A stretch of 64,000 nucleotides of DNA from NCBI RefSeq assembly GCF_009914755.1, contig NC_060940.1; one strand, written 5' to 3'. Positions 55,390-64,000 of the stretch are shown here, piece after piece. A model generated the notes under the pieces. It made no database searches, was not told where the DNA came from, and saw only the letters and a list, made by a program, of their open reading frames with translations. The position numbers and the translations under genes were made by a program. Position 1 is the stretch's first letter, and the number at the start of each line of letters is the position of its first letter. This stretch comes from the human T2T-CHM13v2.0 reference genome, Homo sapiens.

Positions 55390-56155
55390 TGTGGTGGTTC
55401 ACATTCAGGTCCGCCAATTCTTCAACACACGAAGAGGTGGTATCTAATTGCCCTCCCCTTGAGTATGGGCTGGGCTTAGTGACTCTCTTCTAACAAATAA
55501 AATGTGGCAAATGTGACCTAATTCCTCTACCTTCAAATCCCAACTTATATTTAAAACAAACAAACAAAAAACAGGCCAGGCATGGTGGCTCACACATGTA
55601 ATCTCCGCACTTTAGGAGGCTGAGGCGGGAGGATTGCTTGTGACTAGGAGATTGAGAGCAGCCTGGGCAACATAGCAAGACCCCATCTCTACAAAAAAAA
55701 TAAATAATTAGCTGGGTGTGGTAGTATGTGCCTATAGTCCCAACTACTTGGGAGGCTGAAGCAGGAGTATTGCTTGAGCCTGGGAAGTCGAGGTTGCAGT
55801 GAGCCCTGATTGTGCCACTGCACTCAGCCTGGGCAACAGAGTGACACCCTGTCTCAAAAACAGAAAAAAAAAAAAAGAAAGAAAGAAAGAAAGAAAAAAT
55901 ATTGCAGATGTGACAATGTATAACAAGATCATAAACAACATCACAGCTTTCCCCTCATACGCTCTCTCTCAGGTTACCTGTTCCAAGTGAAGTTAGCTTC
56001 AGTATCATGAGAAACTCTGGAGAGACTTGAAGCCTGCTGCCAATAGCCATGTAGCGTGCCATCTTGGAAGTGCATCCTCCAGCCCTAGTCAAGCCTAAAC
56101 CCTGACCAACAGCCTGACAACCACCCCATGAGAAACCTTGAGCCAGAACCGCCCT
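55390..56155 (+). mobile_element. MLT1 (E/F/G-like) MaLR LTR interrupted by an Alu
   Basis: 'ccctccccttgagtatgggctgggcttagtgact' ... 'tcctccagccctagtcaagcc...tgagccagaacc'. Confidence 0.8.
55574..55897 (+). mobile_element. AluJ with A/(GAAA)n tail
   Basis: Full Alu. Confidence 0.95.
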
Positions 56156-57540
56156 TCTGTTCATCAGCAAACATTTACTAAACTCTGGCTACGTGCTAGA
56201 CAGTGTTTCAGGTTCTAGGAACACAGCAGGGACACCTCAAAGAAGGTGCCTGCTTTCATGGCAATAGCATTTTAATAGAGTAAACTAATAAACAGATAAA
56301 AGCAAATGGAGTAATTTTGGAGAGTGATGGCATTGGAAAAGAAATTAAATAAGATAATAGGATAGAACCTACATGGAGAGGCCAGCAGAAGTCTTTCCAA
56401 GGGTTGACTCCCCTATTGAGATTTGAAAACATGTAAGACCTAGAAAAGAGCATTCTGGATAGAGGGAACAGCAAGGCAAGGGCAAAATCCGTGAGGCAGA
56501 AAAGAGCTTGGGAGTTAGCACTGTGGTGAGCAAGGAGACAGTGCTATGTCATAAGGTCCAAGAAGGTGTTAGGGGGGAACAGAACCTGCGAGCCTTCATA
56601 CGCCAACAGAAAGAGTGACTCTAGTTCCAGGGGAAATGGGAAGTCCATGGAGGGTCTTAAGCAGAAAGGTGGCAGAACCCAGTGTGCATCTTTAAAAGGT
56701 CGCTGTGCTGCTGTGTAGAGGTGTGTTGTAGGGTGGGTGTATTAGTCTACTCTTGTATTGCTATAAAGAAATACCTGAGACTGGGTAATTTATAAAGAGA
56801 AGAGGTTTAACTGGCCCATGGTTCTGCAGGCTCCATAGGAACTCCTGCCTCTCTTGAAGGTCCTGGGTACATTTCCACCTGGAGCAGGGGCAAGGGCTAC
56901 ATGACCTCTGGAGGACACTAGGTTTCCAAAGCTCTTCTGAAAACAAAAAATTCTTGCATTTCCTTTAATATCCTCCCTCCCTCTGCTTCCTTTATATTAT
57001 GTTGCTTTTGAAAATGTTTGCTCTCGGACACTTTGAAGCTCCCAATAATTGGTGCCTTGGGTTTGGTCTGCACAGGGTCTGAGTTCTGGGGCCAGCTGCG
57101 AATGGTCTGTCCCTCCTGGACCTGCCTTTTTGTCCTCAGTTGTGTCTTTGATACCCATTAACTTCCCCACACAACACAAGTAGCTACCAGGCCTCACCTC
57201 CAACATTGGAGATGACATCTTGACATGAGATTTGGTGGAGAGACAGAGCCAATCCATATCAGAGGGCAAGAGTGAAGCTCTGAGATTGGTTTCACTCAGT
57301 GGTTCACTCAGGAGGTCAAAAGCCACAGCTAGCCTAGGGTGGAAGTAAGGAAGATGGGGATAAGAAACAGATTTGAGCTAAGTTTTTAATGTAAAATGGA
57401 TATGACTGCTGAGGGATTGGACTCTGGGGATGAAAGAAAAGGAGGAATCAAAGACGGTTCTGATTTGAGACTTAAGCAACAGGAAGGAGAGTGGAACTAG
57501 TGCCTGAGATGTTGAAGATTCAGGTAGATACAGGTTTGAC
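56156..57540 (-). mobile_element. L2 interrupted by an MST LTR
   Basis: L2 3' end 'ttcatcagcaaacatttactaa...gtgctagacagtg' and L2 body motifs on both sides of the LTR. Confidence 0.85.
56738..57261 (-). mobile_element. MST (MSTA/B) LTR whose centre is replaced by non-LTR DNA
   Basis: Both LTR ends are present (56738-56840; 57186-57261) with TSD gtggg / gaggg; the middle is not MST. Confidence 0.9.
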
Positions 57541-57634
57541 TCCTACCTGTACAAATTGGGCCTCAGCTGGTTCCAGCACCATGGTCAATGAGGCCAGGCT
57601 TATTCATCCCCAAGGACCAAAGAAGGTCAATATG

Positions 57635-57840
57635 CCATATAATGCTTTATAATTTGCAAAAAGTGCTGAAAAATACGTTACTTATTTGAAACCCACAACA
57701 CTCCTATGGGTTAATCAGGCTAATGTTTATGTTTCCATTTCACAGATAAGGAAAACTGAGGTTCAGAGAAGTTATGTGGCTTGTGTAACATCACCAGCTA
57801 CAAAGAAGCCATACAGGGATTCTTAAAGAGGGAGCTGCAT
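57635..57840 (-). mobile_element. MIR
   Basis: 'ccatttcacagataaggaaaactgaggttcagagaagtt'. Confidence 0.88.
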
Positions 57841-57994
57841 GTTGTCTCCTGCATGTTCAATGTCCTTTGATCCTGTGCACTAAATAGCAGTGGAGACCCC
57901 CTCTCACTCATCCATCCACCCAATCATTTTGACAACCAGATGCATTTCCAAACTCCTCTGGGGGCAGGAGTGGTGGGAGGGAGAAAGGACAATA

Positions 57995-58021
57995 ACACAC
58001 ACACACACATACACACACACA
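57995..58021 (+). repeat. (CA)n, interrupted
   Basis: Seen directly. Confidence 0.9.
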
Positions 58022-58487
58022 GTTTGAAAGAAAAAATAACCTATCCATCTGCTCCCTCCCTGAATTAATTTGTTCATGGAGCACTTCCTCTTGGCCGGGC
58101 ACTTGCTTGATGTTGAGGATACAAAGAAGAATCAAACCCAGTGTCTAACCTCAAGGACCTCCTAGTCAGGTAAGGAGCTTGCAATCCCTGCAATATCTGG
58201 AGAAAAAATTTACAAAGATTTCCCAGGCCTGCTCTCATGCAAAAAACCTACAATGTGTCACATGAATTCCTTCCCGCTGATGATAAACAAATATCAGAAA
58301 TCTGAATACACAAACACACCATACAGAAGAGATTTCTGGAACCTCGGGCAAAATATTATAATATTTTCATGGGCTGCCCAAATTCTAAGCATTAGATTTG
58401 ATGAACAGCTTTATTGAATTTTGTGGATAAATATTTAAAGCCTTCAAGGGCTTGTGTAAATCACACCTAGGCAGACGCACTTGCTCA

Positions 58488-58503
58488 CAGCACCATCTGC
58501 TGG
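58488..58503 (-). promoter_or_regulatory. CTCF-like motif
   Basis: Minus strand reads CCAGCAGATGGTGCTG; motif match only. Confidence 0.5.
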
Positions 58504-59009
58504 TAGCTGCTTGTGTTGTGCAGGGAAGTTAATGGGTATCCAGGACTCAACTGGGGACAAAAAAGTAGGTCCAGGAGACAGGCCATCTGCAGCTGGCCCT
58601 GAAACCCAGACCGTGTACAGACCAACCCCAAGGCACCAATTTTCAGAAGCTTCAAAGCATCCGAGAGCAAAAATTTTCAGAAGCAACACGAGATGACGGA
58701 AGCAGAAGGAAGAGAATATAAAGGATATGCAAGGATTTCTTGTTTTCAGAAGTTTGGAAACCTAGTGCCCTCCAGAGGTCATATAGCCCTTGCCCGTGCT
58801 CCAGGTGGAAATGTACCTAGGACCCTTAAAAGAGGCAGGAGTTTGCAATCCCCCAGGGTCCAACCTCCCAGGGTCTTTTGTTACATGGCTTATAATTCTT
58901 TCCTGACACTTATCATATAGAGAAATATTGCACAGCTCTTTTAAAATTATGTCCTAAAAGCACATTTAATGGCATGGTCAGATTGTATAGTGGGAAAAAA
59001 AATTACAAA

Positions 59010-59014
<5 letters not shown>

Positions 59015-59055
<41 letters not shown>
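59015..59055 (+). repeat. (GT)~20 microsatellite within an L1ME-like 3' fragment (~58960-59175)
   Basis: Seen directly. Confidence 0.95.
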
Positions 59056-59056
<1 letters not shown>

Positions 59057-59176
59057 ATGTCTATGTAACCAAAAGGGTATGCACCAAAGTATTCACAATG
59101 GTCATCTGTAATAGAATAAGGATGAGTTTTTTTCTTCTTTGTGTTTGTCTGTATTTTCCAAATTTTCTCTAATAAT

Positions 59177-59466
59177 GCCAGGCACAGTGACTCATGCCTG
59201 TAATCCCAGCCCTTTAGGAGGCTGAGATGGGAGGATTGCTTGAGTCCAGGAGATCAAGACCAGCCTGGGAAATATAGCAAGACCCATCTCTACTAAAAAT
59301 TCAAAAATTAGCTGGGCATGGTGGTAAATGCCTGTAGTTCCAGCTACTCAGGAGGCTGAAGTGGGAGGATCACTTGAGCACAGGATGTTGAAGATACAGT
59401 GAGCCATGATCTCACCACTGCACTCCAGCCTAGGGGACAGAAATGTCTTATAAAATAAAAGTAAAT
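59177..59466 (+). mobile_element. AluJ
   Basis: Full Alu. Confidence 0.93.
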
Positions 59467-59640
59467 AGCAACTGGAAAAAAAAACCCTAATAAGCATGTA
59501 TCAGTTTGCTGAGAAGAAAAAGAAATTTTAAGGAAAAAATACTACCCCAAGAATAAATTATTTCTTTTCTTTCTCCAGCTGTATTGCAAGTTTATTTCCT
59601 TTGGTTGTATACTTGGGGTAACTAGGGTGATATTAATAGC

Positions 59641-59693
59641 AATGACAATAATAATAATAATAATAATAATAATGATAATAATGATAATAATAA
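59641..59693 (+). repeat. (AAT)n with GAT interruptions
   Basis: Seen directly; it produces the poly-Ile ORFs in the track. Confidence 0.95.
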
Positions 59694-60508
59694 TGATACA
59701 TGAAAAGAGCAGGGTCTCTGGTGAGGGCTCCACCCTTGGTCCTGTGCCCACAGATCTGAGTGAAAATAGGCACTCCTGTTTTTGCACCCAAACATTGCAT
59801 TTTCCAAGACCGCTGTGGTCCACCACACCCCCCATCCTGTACCCATATAAACCAGAGACCTTAGCGGGCACACACACAAGTGGCTGAACATCAAGACCAG
59901 CAGACTAGCAGACCAGAAGCAGTGGAATGATGCAGCAGAGGAAGAGAGAAGAGGAGGAACGTCTGGACACCGAGGGGAGTTCAGCTAGGGGAGGTTGGAG
60001 AAGAGTCCAGCTGCTGGGCGGCCCGATTCCAGGGGAAGACCACCTTCCCACTTCCATCCCCCATCCAGCTCCCTATCTGTCTCACTAAGAGCCACCTCCA
60101 CCCTTCAATAACATCTTGGACTCATCCTTCAAGCTCATGTGTGATCTGATTCTTTTGGGATACTGGGCAAGAGCTCAGGATTCTTTCAGGATACAGAAGG
60201 CTGTCACACTGGCCCTCTGCCCTTGTGTAAGGCAGAAGGTCCATTGAGCTGATTAACACACAAGCCATCTGTAGACAGCAAATCTGAAAGAGCTTTGTAA
60301 CACACACCCAGTTGGGCTTTGGGAGTCACAGACACCCACCCCTAGAAGCTGCCATGTGGCCAGAGCCCAATAGTGCTCACCTCGGCCTCTGCACTTGCCC
60401 ATCTGCATGCTCCCCCTAGGGGTTTGAGCTGCTGCGGGGTGATCAGGCAGGTGAGCCACACATCTGTCACACACCCTGCAAGGGGAATCAGGGTACTCTC
60501 CTGTTTCA
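59694..60508 (+). mobile_element. ERV1 solo LTR (LTR27/LTR28/MER52 group)
   Basis: TGATACA...CCTGTTTCA; 4-bp TSD ATAA; motifs 'ggggaagaccaccttcccac', 'gtccattgagctgattaacac'. Confidence 0.88.
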
Positions 60509-60739
60509 ATAACTCACAATGGAGCATTTATTAGTAAATGTAGTGGATATGAAGCTCCTAGCTCAGTGTCTGGCACATAGTAAAAACTAAGCTATTGTTA
60601 TTATTACTACAATGTATCAATAGCCTTCCCTAAAGTATAGAGAACACTCACCTCAAAAAGCTCACAGTTTTAAGTGGAGAGAGAAAAATAATACATAGAA
60701 GTATCTAATAATTCAAGAAAAAAAGTGACATTTATTATT

Positions 60740-61330
60740 CAAACAGAAAGTAATGCCCCTCAAACCTCAATTCTAGGTGGACTCTTTTGGTTGCAAGAAA
60801 AAGATCCACTCAACCTAGCTCAACTGAGAAATCTCCTCAAAGGTATCTCAAGGAACACAAAGGTAAGACCCAAAGCAAAGGTAGGTCCCACAGGAACCAG
60901 AATTGGGAAGCCAGGAAGAATCAAGTTTCCCCTTTTTCCCAGCCTCAACTCTGTCTTTCCTCATCTCAACTTCTTTCAATGCATCTGCTACATCCTACTC
61001 TCTTACTAAACTGCATCCTCTTGCACAGAGCTCGTAGTTGCCACTCCCAAGCTGTCCCTACTACCCTCTCCCTGCGCACAAGAGCTAACCAGCTCAGTTT
61101 CTGTCTTCCCATTCTAAATTTTTGAGTGGAGAATGTAATTGACCTGGTTCATCACATTTCTGCACCAGAGGATCCAAACCACTTATTACTGGCTACCCCG
61201 TGGATGAATTATCCCTGGATCAGGTACTCAACTCTGGTGCAATTAACTTGGTAAAAGGAATTGGGTCACATGGTACGAAACATGCCACTGCAAGCATTCA
61301 GCTGGGGTTATGGGTGAGGGTATGGGCAGA
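60740..61330 (-). mobile_element. old MLT1 (MaLR) LTR
   Basis: 'actcttttggttgcaagaaaaagatccactcaacctagct' and 'gggtcacatggtac'. Confidence 0.65.
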
Positions 61331-61520
61331 GAAAGCAGTGGCATTTCTGGAACGACATTTCAAGAACAGCACTCATTGATTTCCATTTGTTTTTCAAGGT
61401 TTATTGCCTATCTGTCCTCATAGACCTGCTCTTCTGTGAATGTTTGATGCTTGATTAGCAATGAAGAAAAAGTCTTTTGTCACAGGTCGGGTTTCCCTGG
61501 CAGCAGAGTAATCTACTTAA

Positions 61521-61846
<326 letters not shown>

Positions 61847-62989
61847 TAATCTGCATAATTGTTAATCTGCTCTAGCAAAGGTACCAAGTCTGGTATAGTG
61901 GCTGCAATGAGAGCTACTGCATGGTTGAAGTGGCAGTAGTCCTCTGCCATCATCCAGAATCCATCTAATTTCTGCAAGGGCCAGATTTTGCAGAGTCTGG
62001 ACTTTTGCATTCATGTAGATTGAAGATATGGCAGAGACCACCACCTCTGCCATCCTTCAGTAGCACTAATTTCTTCCATCTCCCTTGGGATGAGATATTA
62101 TCTTTAATGGACTGGCTTTACAAGGGTTAGGAAGTGAGAAGCAGTTTCAGAGCATTCCACTTGCCTTTCCCCCACGATGATAACTCCTACCCTATAGGCC
62201 AAGGACCAAAAGTATGAGTTAAACAAGTACGAAGAATGTCTGTCCCAATTACACATTTGAGAACCTGGGACATGACTGGGTGAGTCCATGGACCTCATAG
62301 AACCATTGTAAGCTGAACTGTGGCCAGGACTTCATTTATCACCTGGTTTCCCCACTCTAACAGGGGGGTTATGATGGCACTTTGGGCCTCCAGGTGTCAA
62401 TGTCAATTAGGTTCCTGTGTCCAGTAATCCTGGAAATAATTGGGCACACCCCGTTTCCCAGTATACAGCTACTCAAGTAAGTGGTAGTCAGTCCATGTGG
62501 GAAAAGCCTGGAGGAATCATTACTGTTTGTACTTGCTGTGATGTTGCAGGGTCTTTCCTCCTGAAGAACTGGCCTCTCACTGGGTTTCAGGTTTGAAAAC
62601 TGGCCCACGTCTAGCAAACATGGGCAAGGGATTGATCCTTATTATTGGGCGTGACTGTTCTCAGCATCCTGATTATTCATCCTTGATTCCTTTTCATTGT
62701 ACAGATTGAGCAGCACTCTTGTTGACTTGATGCCATTTTCCATAACCATTCAAAACTCTCCGCAGGAAGGGTCTTCCTGGTTCCTCCTCCATACTTCCCA
62801 ATCATTACGGCAAATGTATACCGGATGGTTAAACGTCACCATCTGGCCTCTAAAATCCCAGAGTGCTAACTGCCCCATTGCTATTGGTAAGCCCAGTTCT
62901 GTTATGGCCTTTCCTACATTTAGCCTTGGCCTGCCAAGGAGCCAACACTGGGCTTCTAAGTGATACTGATGTCCCTCTTGCCAGCATAT

Positions 62990-63678
62990 TTAGTTTTTTA
63001 TTTTAGTTTCAGAGGGTACATGTCCATGTTTGTTATATGGGTAGATGGTGTAATAGTGGGGATTGGGCTTCTAGTGTGCCAGTCATCCAAATATGGAACA
63101 TTGTTTCCAATAGGTAATCTTCCAACCCCCACTCGCCTATCTCCCTCCACCATTTTGCATTTCCCAGTGTCTATTGTTTCCATCTTTACGTCCATGTGTA
63201 CCCATTGTTTAGCTCCCACTTATAAGTGAGAACATGCAATATTTAATTTTCTGCTTCTGAGTTAGTTCACTTATAATAATGGCCTCCAGCTCTAACCATG
63301 TTGCTGCAAAAGACATGATTTCATTCTTTTTATAGCTGCATAGTATTCCATGGTGTATATGTACCACATGGTCTTTATCCAATCAACTGTTGATAGGCAC
63401 GGGTTGTTTCCATGATTTAATAGTGTTGTGACAGACCTACAAGTGCAGGTGTCTTTTTTATACAATAATTTATTTTCCTTTGGGTAGATATTCAGTAATG
63501 GGATTGCTGAGTCAAATGGTAGCTCTATTTGCAGCTCCTTGAGATATCTGCATGGTGTTTCCCATAGATATTGAACCAGTCTACATTCCCACCACCAGTG
63601 TATAAGCATTCCCTTTTCTCCACATCCATGCCAACACCTGTTGTTTTTTAACTTTTTCATAATGGCCATTCTGACTTC
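62990..63678 (-). mobile_element. L1PB-type 3' end
   Basis: ORF2 end 'MAIMKKLKNNRCW...YTMEYYAAIK'; TSD ccagcatattt / ccagcacattt. Confidence 0.92.
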
Positions 63679-64000
63679 ACCAGCACATTTCTTATTTCCT
63701 TACTAAATAGTGTATCTTCCAAGCCTTTCCATGGCACATAATAATCTGCAAGACTTTCTGGCCTTAGTCAGAGCCTTTCAATCCTATTTCCACCATCTTG
63801 CACATAAATCCTGGCATTTCCACCTCACCTACCATGGGTCATCACTTTTTCCATGTCTCTAAAAATCATCCTAGTAGCAGTTCCACACCATCTCCTGGGT
63901 AACCTCATCATCTTCTGTTGCCTTCTCAACAATTCCATTGTCTGTATAATCATTTTTTGCATTAAATTCTCTCATTTTAAATACTTAGAAGTGTTTCTGC

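Larger units (their letters stand above)
56840..58843. repeat. local inverted duplication: arms 56840-57190 and 58500-58843, spacer ~1.3 kb
   Basis: The arms are reverse complements, about 80-86% identical by eye. ORF-track peptides match across strands (SYLCCVGKLMGIKDTTEDKKAGPG vs SCLCCAGKLMGIQDSTGDKKVGPG). Confidence 0.95.

Noticed and set aside
58481-58696. Paralogous small peptides (with 56997-57326) suggesting a gene pair
   Set aside because: The similarity is a by-product of the DNA-level inverted duplication; starts and ends differ, and one ORF begins in L2/LTR sequence.
59542-59894. Poly-Ile / poly-Leu membrane-like ORFs
   Set aside because: They are translations of the (AAT)n microsatellite and the adjacent LTR.

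Overview
This is primate, most likely human, non-coding genomic DNA. It is CpG-depleted, has no CpG island, and more than half of it is recognisable interspersed repeat: about 20 Alus, L1/HAL1/L2/L3/MIR relics, MaLR/ERV1/ERVL LTRs, hAT and mariner MITEs, and microsatellites. I found no supportable host protein-coding exon, tRNA, rRNA or CRISPR array. The ORFs in the track are chance ORFs or translations of repeats; the only long real one is a 320-aa C-terminal fragment of L1 ORF2p. Two degraded proviral internal regions are present. One is an ERV1 MER57/MER4-group provirus (~35.0-42.9 kb) with integrase and env relics (CWIC, RIKR, ISD) and its 3' LTR. The other is an ERVL gag-pro-RT fragment (~61.5-64 kb). 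I do not see a new multi-gene biological system. The most unusual structure is an MST LTR whose middle was replaced by a ~350-bp inverted copy of apparently unique DNA lying 1.3 kb downstream, with junction microhomology and one donor breakpoint in a CTCF-like motif. Other items worth checking are an Alu carrying 56 bp of extra 5' sequence inside its TSDs, an Alu-in-Alu/inverted-Alu cluster with a nascent 20-bp minisatellite, a CCAAT-array LTR12 solo LTR, a MADE1 hairpin and a compound (GATA)10(GACA)7 STR. Subfamily names come from recalled consensus sequences, not a database search. Boundaries are approximate unless TSDs are quoted.
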